This document shows, piece by piece, positions 35,805-45,656 of a stretch of 64,000 nucleotides of DNA (positions within the stretch are counted from its first letter, which is position 1; each line of letters opens with the position of its first letter). This DNA comes from an uncultured Candidatus Binatia bacterium (GTDB taxonomy: Bacteria; Desulfobacterota; Binatia; UBA9968; JAJDTQ01). The notes below the pieces were generated by a model. The model worked only from the letters and a program-made list of their open reading frames with translations, made no database searches and was not told the DNA's origin. The DNA lies in the NCBI GenBank assembly GCA_965213675.1, contig OZ243916.1, forward strand, positions 704,001-768,000, given 5' to 3'. Made by a program: the position numbers and the translations under genes.

Positions 35805-35892
35805 TGGTGCGAAAGGGGGGAATTGAACCCCCACGGGATTGCTCCCACAGGATCCTGAATCCTGCGCGTCTACCAAATTCCGCCACTTTCGC
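35805..35892 (-). tRNA. tRNA-Leu (CAG)
   Basis: GCGAAAG acceptor stem, anticodon arm CAGGA-TTCAGGA-TCCTG, long variable arm, GGTTCAATTCC T-arm, encoded CCA. Confidence 0.97.
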
Positions 35893-35907
35893 ACGAACGG
35901 GAAACCC

Positions 35908-35970
35908 CTTATATCTAGCAGCGGACGCGCCCTTGTCAAGTTCACAGGACGCAATCATGTCTGCTACCAT
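35908..35970. promoter_or_regulatory. Back-to-back promoters for tRNA-Leu (-) and valS (+)
   Basis: Minus-strand TTGACA (35939-35934) with an AT-rich TAGATATAAG box; plus-strand TTCACA-18 bp-TACCAT with extended TG. Confidence 0.45.
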
Positions 35971-36015
35971 GCGCTGAACACCGGAATCGGACCCCCAGAC
36001 CGAAAGCACAATTCC

Positions 36016-38772
36016 ATGCCCCGAGAAATCGCCAAGTCCTACAGTCACCAGGAGGTGGAAAGCCGCTGGTACCAGCGCTGGGCCGAAGCCGGGCACTTCG
36101 CCCCCGGTGGCGCGGACGCGCCGTCCTACTCCATGGTGATTCCGCCGCCCAACGTCACCGGTTCGCTGCACATGGGCCATGCCCTGAACAACACCCTCCA
36201 GGACGTGCTGTGCCGCTTCCACCGAATGGACGGACACAACGTGCTGTGGGTCCCTGGCACCGATCACGCGGGCATCGCCACGCAGAACGTGGTGGAGCGA
36301 CAGATCGCCAGCGAGGGACTGAGCCGCGCCGACCTCGGCCGGGAAGCGTTCATCGAGCGTGTGTGGAGCTGGCGCGAGGAGACCGGCGGCACCATCCTGC
36401 GCCAGTTGCGCGCCCTGGGCGTGTCCTGCGACTGGAGCCGCGAACGCTTCACCATGGACGAGGGGCTTTCCCGGGCGGTGCGCGAGGCCTTCGTGCGCCT
36501 GTGGGAGGAGGGTCTGCTCTATCGCGCGGAACGGCTGATCAACTGGTGTCCACGCTGCAAGACGGCGCTGGCCGACATCGAGGTGGTGCACGAGGAGGTG
36601 GACGGGCACCTGTGGCAGGTGCGCTATCCATTGGTGGGGGAAGGTGAGCTGGTGGTGGCCACCACCCGCCCGGAGACCCTGTTGGGCGACACGGGCGTGG
36701 CGGTCCATCCCGAGGACGAACGCCACGCCGGCAGCGTGGGCCGGCGCGCGCGCCTTCCGGTGGTGGGCCGGGAGATTCCGGTGGTGGCGGACGCTTTCGT
36801 GGATCCCGAATTCGGCACGGGCGCCGTGAAGATCACCCCCGGGCACGACTTCAACGACTTCGAGATCGGTTTGAGGAATGATCTCGACGTCCTCAATATC
36901 CTTGACGATGATGCGGCGGTGCGCGGCGAGGCGTTTGTCCAGGGGGACGGTCTGTCGCCGGCGTGGGTCGAGCGTTACGCCGGCCTCGACCGCTACGCCG
37001 CGCGTGAGCGCATCGTGCGGGAGCTGGAGGACACGGGCCTCCTGGCGGGAGTCCAGCCCTACCGCCACGCCGTGGGCCACTGCTACCGCTGCCACACGGC
37101 CATCGAGCCCTACCTCACGCCCCAGTGGTTCGTGAAGATTCAGCCCTTGGCGGACCCGGCCATGGACGCGGTGCGACAGGGCCGTACGCGCATCATTCCC
37201 GAAGGGTGGAAGAATTCGTACTTCGCGTGGATGGAGAACATCAAGGACTGGTGCGTGTCGCGCCAGATCTGGTGGGGCCATCAGATTCCCGCGTGGTACT
37301 GCGCCGATTGCAATCCGTCGCTGGCCGCGGACGGCGCGGGCCGGATCGCGCCGGAATGCGTCCCGGTCGTGGCCCGCGCCGCGCCCGCGCGCTGCGCGAC
37401 GTGCGGCGGCAGCCGCTTCGTGCAGGACCCCGACGTGCTGGACACCTGGTTCTCCTCGGCCCTCTGGCCTTTCTCGACCCTGGGATGGCCGGACAAGACC
37501 GCGGAGCTCGCCGCCTTCTATCCCACGGCCGCGCTCGTGACGGGCTTCGATATCCTGTTCTTCTGGGTCGCGCGCATGATGATGATGGGTCTCAGGTTCA
37601 TGGACGAAGTGCCCTTCCGGGATGTCTACATCCACGCCCTGGTGCGCGACCAGGAAGGCCAGAAGATGTCCAAGTCCAAGGGCAACGTCATCGACCCGCT
37701 GATCATGGTGAACCGCTACGGCGCCGATCCGTTCCGCTTCACGCTGGTGGCCATGACCGCCATGGGCCGGGACGTGAAGCTCGCCGAGGACCGCATCGCG
37801 GGCTACCAGCACTTCGTCAACAAGCTGTGGAACGCCGCGCGCTTTGCGCTCATGAACCTCGACGACGACGTGCTCGCGGAACCCCGCCGCGCGCCCGCGG
37901 ACCTCGCCGGAGCGGACCTGGACCTGGCCGACCGCTGGATCCTGTCGCGCCTCGGGACCACGGTGGAGCGCGCCCGGGAAGCCATCCACGCGTATCGCTT
38001 CAACGACTTCGCGCACCATCTCTACCAGTTCACCTGGCACGAGTTCTGTGACTGGTACATCGAAATGAGCAAGCTGCGCCTCAACAGTGAGGACGGCTCC
38101 CGGACGACCCAGAGGGTGCTGCACACCGTGCTTCGGAGCATCCTGCTGTTGCTCCACCCGTTGATGCCGTTCGTGACCGAGGAGCTTTGGAGCGCGGTCA
38201 CCGCCAGGGATGCGTCGGCGCCGCGCAGCGACGACATCATGGTGCAGGCCTGGCCTGCGGCCACGGACTTCCCCGCGGATGCGGAGGCGGAGGAACAGAT
38301 CGCCTTCCTGAGCGGCATCATCCGCGCGGTGCGGAACCTTCGCACCGAAATGAACGTGCCGCCGTCCAGGAAGGTCCGGGTGGTGCTGTCGGATTCCCAA
38401 GAGCGTCTGGCCCTCGTGCGCGCTCATGAGCCGCTCCTGTGCGCGTTGGCGCGGACGGAGCCGCCGGAGTACGTTGCACAAGGGCGCCGCCCCGAGCGCG
38501 TGGCCACCGCCATCGTCGAAACCACCCACGTCTTTGTTCCCCTGGACGGGGCTGTGAACCTCGAAGAGGAGAGCGCGCGCCTGCACCGCTCCCTTGAGAA
38601 ACTCGAAACCGAGATGGGACGTGCGCGCAACAAGCTTGCCAACGAGAACTTCACCGCCAGGGCGCGGCCGGACGTGGTGGAACGGGAACGCGACAAGGCG
38701 CGGGAGATGGGAGAGAAGATCGAAGCCCTGAACCGCAGCCTGGAGAGGATCCGGGAACTGCAGGCGCAGTGA
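36016..38772 (+). CDS. valS: Valine--tRNA ligase
   Basis: PPPNVTGSLHMGH, GTDHAGIATQ, VATTRPET, DWCVSRQIWWGH, KMSKS, C-terminal coiled coil. Confidence 0.98.
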   Translation: MPREIAKSYSHQEVESRWYQRWAEAGHFAPGGADAPSYSMVIPPPNVTGSLHMGHALNNTLQDVLCRFHRMDGHNVLWVPGTDHAGIATQNVVERQIASEGLSRADLGREAFIERVWSWREETGGTILRQLRALGVSCDWSRERFTMDEGLSRAVREAFVRLWEEGLLYRAERLINWCPRCKTALADIEVVHEEVDGHLWQVRYPLVGEGELVVATTRPETLLGDTGVAVHPEDERHAGSVGRRARLPVVGREIPVVADAFVDPEFGTGAVKITPGHDFNDFEIGLRNDLDVLNILDDDAAVRGEAFVQGDGLSPAWVERYAGLDRYAARERIVRELEDTGLLAGVQPYRHAVGHCYRCHTAIEPYLTPQWFVKIQPLADPAMDAVRQGRTRIIPEGWKNSYFAWMENIKDWCVSRQIWWGHQIPAWYCADCNPSLAADGAGRIAPECVPVVARAAPARCATCGGSRFVQDPDVLDTWFSSALWPFSTLGWPDKTAELAAFYPTAALVTGFDILFFWVARMMMMGLRFMDEVPFRDVYIHALVRDQEGQKMSKSKGNVIDPLIMVNRYGADPFRFTLVAMTAMGRDVKLAEDRIAGYQHFVNKLWNAARFALMNLDDDVLAEPRRAPADLAGADLDLADRWILSRLGTTVERAREAIHAYRFNDFAHHLYQFTWHEFCDWYIEMSKLRLNSEDGSRTTQRVLHTVLRSILLLLHPLMPFVTEELWSAVTARDASAPRSDDIMVQAWPAATDFPADAEAEEQIAFLSGIIRAVRNLRTEMNVPPSRKVRVVLSDSQERLALVRAHEPLLCALARTEPPEYVAQGRRPERVATAIVETTHVFVPLDGAVNLEEESARLHRSLEKLETEMGRARNKLANENFTARARPDVVERERDKAREMGEKIEALNRSLERIRELQAQ

Positions 38773-38814
38773 TGCCGGGTACGGCCGCGCCGAAGCCGGC
38801 GCGGGGCCACGTAC

Positions 38815-38850
38815 TCCGGTGAACCCCTCGATTCCGGTGAACCCTTCAAT
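38815..38850 (+). repeat. 18-bp tandem duplication upstream of birA
   Basis: TCCGGTGAACCCCTCGAT / TCCGGTGAACCCTTCAAT (16/18). Confidence 0.6.
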
Positions 38851-38851
38851 C

Positions 38852-39691
38852 ATGGATTCGGCACAGGGAAAACCCGGCGCGATTTCGGGCGAGGCGTTGA
38901 GCGCCGCGGCGCTCCTGCGCGGCCTGGGCGCCCGGCGCCTCGGGCGCCGGGTGGACGTATACCCGGAGCTGGATTCCACCAACCGCGCCGCCCGTGCGCT
39001 GGCGCAGGCCGGAGAGCCCGAGGGCGCCGTTGTCATTGCCGAGACACAAAGCCGGGGGCGAGGAAGGATGGGGCGGCACTGGGTTTCGCCGCCAAACTGC
39101 AACCTCTACATCTCGTTTCTCCTGCGTCCCGCGCTGGCGCCGGCCGAGTCGGCCAAGATGACGTTGCTCACCGCCGTGGCCTTGGTGGACACCCTGACGG
39201 AACACGTGGCTGCGCCCCGGATCAAGTGGCCCAACGACATCCTGCTGGGGGGGCGCAAGGTGGCGGGCGTGCTGAGCGAGCTGGCGTGCGAAGGCGACCG
39301 GACCCTGTTCGTGATCGTCGGCATCGGCGTCAACCTGAACTACCCGCGCGCGCTCATGCCGCCCGAAATTCGCGAGCGCGCCACCTCGGTCCTGGAAGAG
39401 TCCGGCGCCGCGGTGGACCGCGTGCGCGTGACCCGCTCCCTGATGCGTCACATGGACAAGCGTTACATCGAGTTCCAGGAGCACGGGTTTGCGCCCATCG
39501 CCCGGGGCTGGAACCGGTACGCGCGCATGAAAGGATGCCGCGTGCGGGCGCATACGCCGGACGGCGAGCGGGCCGGACGGGTGCGCGAGCTGGACGGAAG
39601 CGGCTTTCTGGTGCTCGAATGCGAGGGTGGCCGGACCGAGCGCGTGGTGAGCGGGGACGTCTTCCTGCTGGACGGGGCGGAAGGAGCCTAG
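38852..39691 (+). CDS. birA: Biotin--[acetyl-CoA-carboxylase] ligase (no N-terminal HTH visible)
   Basis: DSTN, QSRGRGRMGRHW, IKWPND, KVAGVL, GIGVN; start uncertain. Confidence 0.93.
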   Translation: MDSAQGKPGAISGEALSAAALLRGLGARRLGRRVDVYPELDSTNRAARALAQAGEPEGAVVIAETQSRGRGRMGRHWVSPPNCNLYISFLLRPALAPAESAKMTLLTAVALVDTLTEHVAAPRIKWPNDILLGGRKVAGVLSELACEGDRTLFVIVGIGVNLNYPRALMPPEIRERATSVLEESGAAVDRVRVTRSLMRHMDKRYIEFQEHGFAPIARGWNRYARMKGCRVRAHTPDGERAGRVRELDGSGFLVLECEGGRTERVVSGDVFLLDGAEGA

Positions 39692-40501
39692 ATGTTGCTG
39701 GCCGTGGACATAGGAAACAGCAACATGGTGCTGGGCGTGTACCGGGACCGGGACCTCGTGACCCACTGGCGCCTGCTGACGGAGCCGCAGCGCACGGTGG
39801 ATGAGTACGGCGCGCTCATCGCGCCTCTGGCGGCGGCCCAGGGCATCCGCGGCGACGACATCGACGCCATCATCGTCTCGTGCGTGGTGCCGCCCATGGT
39901 GGGCATGATCGACGAACTGGGCCGGAAGTTCTTCGGCGTCCGGCCGCTGCTCGTGGGGCCGGGTCTCAAGACAGGCATGCCGATTCTCTACGACAGTCCG
40001 CAGGATGTCGGCGCGGACCGCATCGCCAATGGCGTGGCCGCCTATGATCGCTTCGGCGCCGCCTGCGTGGTCATCGATTTCGGCACCGCCACCACCTTCG
40101 ACTGCGTCTCCGACAAGGGCGAGTATCTCGGAGGCCTCATTGCGCCGGGTCTGGTCATCGCCCTGGAGGCGCTGTTCCAGCGCGCGTCGAAACTGCCCCG
40201 GGTGGAGGTGGTGTGCCCGAGCAGCGTCATCGGCAAGTCCACGGTGCACTCCATCCAGTCGGGCATCTACTACGGCTACGTCGGCCTGGTGGACGGCATC
40301 GTGCAGCGCATCGAGCGGGAGAACCGCATCAAGGCGCGCGTCGTGGCCACCGGCGGGGTCGCCTCCCTCATCGCCCACGAATCGACGGTGATCGAGGACG
40401 TGGACGAATTCTTGACCTTGGAAGGGTTACGTCTTATTTACGACAAGAACGCGACTCCGTCACAGCGCAAGCGCAAGACACCGCAAGTTCAAGGAGGTTG
40501 A
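39692..40501 (+). CDS. coaX: Type III pantothenate kinase
   Basis: LAVDIGNS, SCVVP, VGADR, IDFGTATT, GGLIAPG. Confidence 0.95.
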   Translation: MLLAVDIGNSNMVLGVYRDRDLVTHWRLLTEPQRTVDEYGALIAPLAAAQGIRGDDIDAIIVSCVVPPMVGMIDELGRKFFGVRPLLVGPGLKTGMPILYDSPQDVGADRIANGVAAYDRFGAACVVIDFGTATTFDCVSDKGEYLGGLIAPGLVIALEALFQRASKLPRVEVVCPSSVIGKSTVHSIQSGIYYGYVGLVDGIVQRIERENRIKARVVATGGVASLIAHESTVIEDVDEFLTLEGLRLIYDKNATPSQRKRKTPQVQGG

Positions 40502-40504
40502 TAC

Positions 40505-42583
40505 ATGACAATTGAAGCTGGCCGGCTACGCAACGTTGGATTGCTGGGACACCGGGGGGTGGGCAAGACCTCGCTGGGCGAGGCGTTGCTGTTCGTTGCC
40601 GGCAGCACGAACCGGTTGGGACGGGTGGAGGACGGCAGCTCCGCATTCGACTACGAGCCCGAGGAAGTCCAGAGGCAGGTCTCCATTTCCACCGCCTTTC
40701 ATTCCCTGGAATGGCGCAAGACCACCTGTATTCTGGTGGACACCCCGGGTTTCGCCACGTTTCTTCCGGAGACCGTCCATTCGCTGCCGGCGTGCGGCAG
40801 CGCGGTGTTCGTTCTCCATGCCGGGGCCGGCTTGCGGGTGGAGGCGGAGCGGCTCTGGGGCCACGCCGCGGAACGCGAGCTTCCGCGCATGTTCTTCGTC
40901 AACCGCATGGACCGTGAGGAGTCCGATCCGGTGGAGGCGGTGGACGCCATTGCCGGCGGACTGGGGGCCAAGGCGGTCCATATACAGGTTCCCATCGGCC
41001 ATGGAGAGAACTTCCGCGGCGTCGTGGACCTGATCCGCATGAAGGCGGTGTGCAAGGAGGGGGAGGGCGAGGAAAGCGAGGGGGACATCCCCGCGGAGCT
41101 TCAGGAACGCGCCGAGGAGATGCGCGTCAAACTAATGGAGAACGTGGCGGAGACCCAGGACGAGCTGCTGGAGAAGTACCTGGAGGGCCAGGAGCTGACC
41201 GCGGACGAGATCTCCGACGGGCTGCGCGCCGGCGTCGATGCCGGGGTGTTGTGCCCGGTGTTGTACGGCTCGGCGACCCGGGGCATGGGCGTCGCGGCGT
41301 TGCTGGACGGCATGGTCGCATGGCTCCCGTCCCCGTTGGAAGAGGGCGCCGCCCAGGGCACGAATCCGGTGACGGGTGAGGAAGAGGCGCGCGACAAGAG
41401 CGCGGACGCCCCGTTCTCAGCATTTGTCTTCAAGACCATCGTGGACCCCTTCGCGGGTCGTCTTTCCATCATGCGGGTGCTCTCGGGGACGCTCACGGCC
41501 GACAGTACCGTCTACAACCCGGCCAAGGAATCCAGGGAGCGGATCGCCCATGTCTTCCGTCCGCAGGGGTCCAGGCAAGAGGAAGTCCCGGAGGCGGGTG
41601 TCGGCGAGATCGTCGCCGCCGCCAAACTCAAGGACGTGGCCTCTGGCGACACGCTGTGCGAGGAGTCCGCCCCCATCGCCTATCCCGGACTGGCGCCGTT
41701 CAACCCGTCCATCTCCTTCGCGCTGTCGCCCAAGTCCCGGGCCGATGAGGACAAGGTGCCGCAGGGGCTCCAGCGCATGATGGAAGAAGATCCGTCCATC
41801 ACCATGCACCGCGACGAGCAGACGCGCGAGTTCATCCTGTCGGGGACGGGTCAGCTCCACATCGAGGTAGTGGTGGACAAGCTCAAGCGGAAGTACGGCG
41901 CGGAGGTGGAATTGAAGGCGCCCAAGGTGCCCTACCGGGAAACCATCCGCGCCAGCGCCAACGCTCAGGGGAGGTACAAGAAACAGTCCGGCGGGCGCGG
42001 CCAGTACGGCGACACGTGGCTCAAGCTCGAGCCCTTGCCGCGCGGCAAGGGATTCGAGTTCGTCGACAAGATCGTGGGCGGCGCCATCCCGCGCAATTAC
42101 ATCCCCGCGGTGGAGAAGGGCATCGTCGAGACCATGTCCGGCGGTTACGTGGCGGGATTCCCCATCATGGACGTGCGCGCGACCCTCTACGATGGCTCGT
42201 TCCATTCGGTGGACTCGTCCGACATGGCCTTCAAGATCGCCGCTTCCATGGGCTTCAAGAACGCCATGGAGAGCGCCAAGCCGGTGATTCTCGAACCGGT
42301 CATGTCCATGGAGGTGTCGGTGCCCGACGAGTGCATGGGGGACGTCATCGGCGACCTCAACAGCCGCCGCGGCAAGGTCCTCGGCGTGGACGCCAAGGGG
42401 CACAGCCAGATCATCAAGGCGCAGGTGCCCATGGCCGAGGTGTTGCGCTACGCCTCGGACCTGCGCTCCATGACCAGCGGACGCGGCGAGTTTCAGTCGG
42501 AGTTCTCGCACTACGACGAACTGCCGGCGCATCTCATGGAAAAGGTCCAGGCCGACGCCAAGGCCGCGTCGGACGGGGACTAG
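40505..42583 (+). CDS. fusA: Elongation factor G paralog (EF-G-like / EF-G2)
   Basis: GHRGVGKT, DTPG, NRMD, GQLHIEV, KKQSGGRGQYG, DGSFHSVDSS, GDLNSRRG; five-domain length. Confidence 0.9.
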   Translation: MTIEAGRLRNVGLLGHRGVGKTSLGEALLFVAGSTNRLGRVEDGSSAFDYEPEEVQRQVSISTAFHSLEWRKTTCILVDTPGFATFLPETVHSLPACGSAVFVLHAGAGLRVEAERLWGHAAERELPRMFFVNRMDREESDPVEAVDAIAGGLGAKAVHIQVPIGHGENFRGVVDLIRMKAVCKEGEGEESEGDIPAELQERAEEMRVKLMENVAETQDELLEKYLEGQELTADEISDGLRAGVDAGVLCPVLYGSATRGMGVAALLDGMVAWLPSPLEEGAAQGTNPVTGEEEARDKSADAPFSAFVFKTIVDPFAGRLSIMRVLSGTLTADSTVYNPAKESRERIAHVFRPQGSRQEEVPEAGVGEIVAAAKLKDVASGDTLCEESAPIAYPGLAPFNPSISFALSPKSRADEDKVPQGLQRMMEEDPSITMHRDEQTREFILSGTGQLHIEVVVDKLKRKYGAEVELKAPKVPYRETIRASANAQGRYKKQSGGRGQYGDTWLKLEPLPRGKGFEFVDKIVGGAIPRNYIPAVEKGIVETMSGGYVAGFPIMDVRATLYDGSFHSVDSSDMAFKIAASMGFKNAMESAKPVILEPVMSMEVSVPDECMGDVIGDLNSRRGKVLGVDAKGHSQIIKAQVPMAEVLRYASDLRSMTSGRGEFQSEFSHYDELPAHLMEKVQADAKAASDGD

Positions 42584-42668
42584 CCGTCCTCGCGGCACGT
42601 TCCCGATAACGCGGAAAGCGACCGGCGGCCCACGCGCTTTCCCCTCGACGGCAAAGTCCCAGGGAGAC

Positions 42669-42884
42669 ATGGACAAGAGCTTCGAACAGTTGTCGGCGTC
42701 GTTGCTTTACTGCAACAAGTGCGGTCAGGCCATGCCGGTGCGCGAGCGCCTGCTGCTGGTGCTGCCTGACGGGGACCTCTACGACTACAGTTGCCAGCGT
42801 TGCGGCAACTCGGTGGGCTCCAGGACCGTCAAGTCCGAGCCCCGGTTGCCCGAGGGCGGGCCGCGCCTCGTGCGGGGACTCTGA
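42669..42884 (+). CDS. Small zinc-ribbon protein
   Basis: CNKC and CQRC pairs; GGGAG RBS. Confidence 0.7.
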   Translation: MDKSFEQLSASLLYCNKCGQAMPVRERLLLVLPDGDLYDYSCQRCGNSVGSRTVKSEPRLPEGGPRLVRGL

Positions 42885-42906
42885 CGCAGGGCACTGGACG
42901 CGCGCC

Positions 42907-43923
42907 ATGATCATCGATTTTCAAAGCCACATCTTCCCTGAACGCTACATGGCGGCCATGGACCGGCGCGACGGCGCCGTGGTGCTGGAGGAGCCGGACC
43001 CCCACAGCGGCATGGCCTATCTCTACGACAAGACTCTCAAGTGCCGCATCAACACCGCCATCTTCAAGGGCCGCAACGTGGAGGAACGGCTGGAGCACAT
43101 GGACCGCCAGGGGGTGGACGTGCAGGTGGTGAGCATCCCCGCGCCCGGCGCCGACCGTTACGATCCGGAGGACGCCGTGGCGCTGGCGCGCGTGGCCAAC
43201 GACGAACTGGCGGCAATGTGCCGGCGCCATCCCGACCGCTTCGTCGGCCTGGCGACGCTGCCCTCCGCCTCCATCGAGGCTTCGTTGCAGGAACTGGAGC
43301 GGGCGGTGCAGGAATTGGGGTTGCGCGGGTTCGGCTGCTTCACCAATCTCAACGGCCGGCCCCTGGACGATGAAATATTCTTCCCCATTTACGAGAAGCT
43401 CGCGGACTACGAGTTGCCGGTCTACCTTCATCCCACCGCGCCGCTGGCCACCGAGGCGGTGGACCTCGACATCGTGCCCATCCTCATCTACGGTTGGGCC
43501 TTCGACAGCACCGTGGCCATGACCCGGCTGGTGTACGGCCGGGTGTTGGAACGCTTCCCGACCCTGCCCTTCGTGGTGGCGGACGTGGGCGGGGTGCTGG
43601 CCTTCTTCGGGCAGCGCGCCATCAACATCTACACCGGCCGCACCGACGAGATGCGCCAGCGTTACGGGCTCAAGGAGAATCCCCTGGACTCGTTCCGGCG
43701 CTTCTTCGTGGACACTGCGGATCATCCGGCCAACACGCTCCAATGCGTGCTGGACTTTTTCGGCCCCGAGCAGATGGTTTTCGGCACCAACTATCCCTAC
43801 GGGCCAGACGATGGCTGCGGCTTCATCCGCAACAGCCTCAAGGCCCTCGACGATCTGGGACTTGCGCCGGAAGCCAGGGAACGGATACTCGGCGGCAACG
43901 CTGCCCGGATTCTGCGCATCTGA
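42907..43923 (+). CDS. Amidohydrolase_2 family protein (ACMSD-like) with non-canonical metal ligands
   Basis: IIDFQSH, NDELA, HPDRFVGLA, YLHP, FGTNYPY, ILGGNA. Confidence 0.85.
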   Translation: MIIDFQSHIFPERYMAAMDRRDGAVVLEEPDPHSGMAYLYDKTLKCRINTAIFKGRNVEERLEHMDRQGVDVQVVSIPAPGADRYDPEDAVALARVANDELAAMCRRHPDRFVGLATLPSASIEASLQELERAVQELGLRGFGCFTNLNGRPLDDEIFFPIYEKLADYELPVYLHPTAPLATEAVDLDIVPILIYGWAFDSTVAMTRLVYGRVLERFPTLPFVVADVGGVLAFFGQRAINIYTGRTDEMRQRYGLKENPLDSFRRFFVDTADHPANTLQCVLDFFGPEQMVFGTNYPYGPDDGCGFIRNSLKALDDLGLAPEARERILGGNAARILRI

Positions 43924-44033
43924 CGCGCAAGCTCCGAGAGCGACCATGACTCGCGCGGACTCTTCTCCGTACCAGCAGGGCGGGACGGGAGATTTCCGCA
44001 TGGCGGGATCCGGAACACGGGAGAGCTTCGGTC

Positions 44034-45650
44034 ATGTCTCAAGACACCCATGAGATACATTACGGCAAGGCCGCGCGCGCGCTGGTCATGGGATCCCACG
44101 GCGTGGTGGCGGCGGGTCACCCGCTGGCGTCCGTCGCCGGACTCAGGATGATGCAGCAGGGCGGCAACGCCGTGGATGCCGCGGTGGCCGCGGGGTTCGT
44201 CCTGGCGGTGGTCAAGCACGAGGCCTGCGGCCTCGGCGGCGACCTGTTCTCGCTGGTCTACATGAAGGACGAGGGCACGGTCCGGGCGCTCAACGCCAGC
44301 GGCCCGGCCCCGGGCAACGCCACCATCGACGCCTTCAAGAGCCGCGGTCTTGACGCCATACCCACTTCGGGTCCCCTGAGCATTGCGGTGCCCGGAGCCG
44401 TGGACGGCTGGCTGGAGCTGCATCGCCGCTACGGCGCGGTGGACCTGGCCGACGTCTGCGCCGACGCCCTGACCCTCGCCCGCGACGGCTTCCCCCTGTA
44501 CCTTTCTCTGGCCGGCTCCATCGCGGACTGGGCGCCCTCGTGCCCCGACATCCATCGCGGTTTCCGCGCGCCGCTGCCAGACCTGACGCCCGGCAGGCTA
44601 CTGCGCCAGCCCGAACTGGCGGCCGTGCTGGAAGCCATTGTGCGCGACGGCCGGGACGGGTTCTACCGCGGCGGCGTGGCCGCGCGGATGTGCGCGGGCA
44701 TTCGCGCCCAGGGCGGCCTGTTGGAGGAGCGGGATCTGGACGGCCCGTTCGCCGAGTGGCTGGAACCCCTGAGCACCGACTACCGCGGCTATCAGATTCT
44801 GGAGCAGCCGCCGGTGTCCCAGGGGTTCGTGATTCTCACCATGATGAATCTCCTTGAGGGCTACGACTGCTCCAGCATGAGCCCCACCGAGCTGGCCCAC
44901 GTCATGGTAGAAGCCAAGAAGATCGCCTTCGAGGATCGCATCCGCCACCTGGACGATCCCCGCTTCGGCGACCCCGAGGTCGAGCGCCTCATCAGCAAGG
45001 AATACGCGGACGCGCGCCGCGCCGGCATCGGCGACAGCGCGGGACCGCTATCGTCCTCCAGCGCCATGACCGGGAGCGACACCACCTACCTGTGCGCGGC
45101 CGACGGCCAAGGCAACGTGGTTTCGCTCATCCAGAGCGTCTTCTCGGTCTTCGGCTCACGCGTGGTGGCGGGGGACACCGGCCTGGTCATGAACAACCGC
45201 CTGTGCAGCGCCCGGCTCGACCCCAGCGCCGCCAATGCGCTCCAGCCGGGCAAACGTCCCGCGCACACGCTCAACTCCTACATGGTGTTCCACAACGGCG
45301 GGTTCCTGGCCGTGGGCGGCACTCCCGGCGCCGACGACCAGCCCCAGACCAACGTTCAGGTGCTGCACAACTTCCTCGACCTGAAGATGGATCCCCAGTG
45401 CGCTCTGGAAGCGCCGCGCTGGAGTCATGTGCCGGGCACGCCGCCCAACGTCGGTTATCCCCAGAGCCTCCGACTGGAACAGGGATTTCCCGCGGAAGTG
45501 ATCGAAGGCCTGGCGGCCAAGGGACACCCCGTCACGGTGGTGGACCCGTGGTCCTTCGGCGGCGCCGCGCTCATTGCCCGGGACCCGCGCAACGGTGCCC
45601 TCATGGCGGCCGCGGACCCGCGCCGGGACGGCTACGCCGTGGGGTGGTAG
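44034..45650 (+). CDS. ggt: Gamma-glutamyltransferase family Ntn-hydrolase (YwrD-like)
   Basis: GGNAVDAAVA, GLGGDLF, VPGAVDGW, DTTYL (nucleophile Thr), PGKRPAHT, AADPRRDG. Confidence 0.88.
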   Translation: MSQDTHEIHYGKAARALVMGSHGVVAAGHPLASVAGLRMMQQGGNAVDAAVAAGFVLAVVKHEACGLGGDLFSLVYMKDEGTVRALNASGPAPGNATIDAFKSRGLDAIPTSGPLSIAVPGAVDGWLELHRRYGAVDLADVCADALTLARDGFPLYLSLAGSIADWAPSCPDIHRGFRAPLPDLTPGRLLRQPELAAVLEAIVRDGRDGFYRGGVAARMCAGIRAQGGLLEERDLDGPFAEWLEPLSTDYRGYQILEQPPVSQGFVILTMMNLLEGYDCSSMSPTELAHVMVEAKKIAFEDRIRHLDDPRFGDPEVERLISKEYADARRAGIGDSAGPLSSSSAMTGSDTTYLCAADGQGNVVSLIQSVFSVFGSRVVAGDTGLVMNNRLCSARLDPSAANALQPGKRPAHTLNSYMVFHNGGFLAVGGTPGADDQPQTNVQVLHNFLDLKMDPQCALEAPRWSHVPGTPPNVGYPQSLRLEQGFPAEVIEGLAAKGHPVTVVDPWSFGGAALIARDPRNGALMAAADPRRDGYAVGW

Positions 45651-45656
45651 GACATC

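Noticed and set aside
35805-35892. tRNA-Leu as an integration site for an island
   Set aside because: No integrase, I saw no duplicated tRNA 3' end, and the flanks are housekeeping genes.
35683-39102. 1139-aa minus-strand ORF and many other long antisense or alternate-frame ORFs (e.g. 17872-20352, 3781-5763, 60550-62817)
   Set aside because: Shadows of real genes in high-GC DNA; no motifs and Arg/Ala/His/Val-biased composition.
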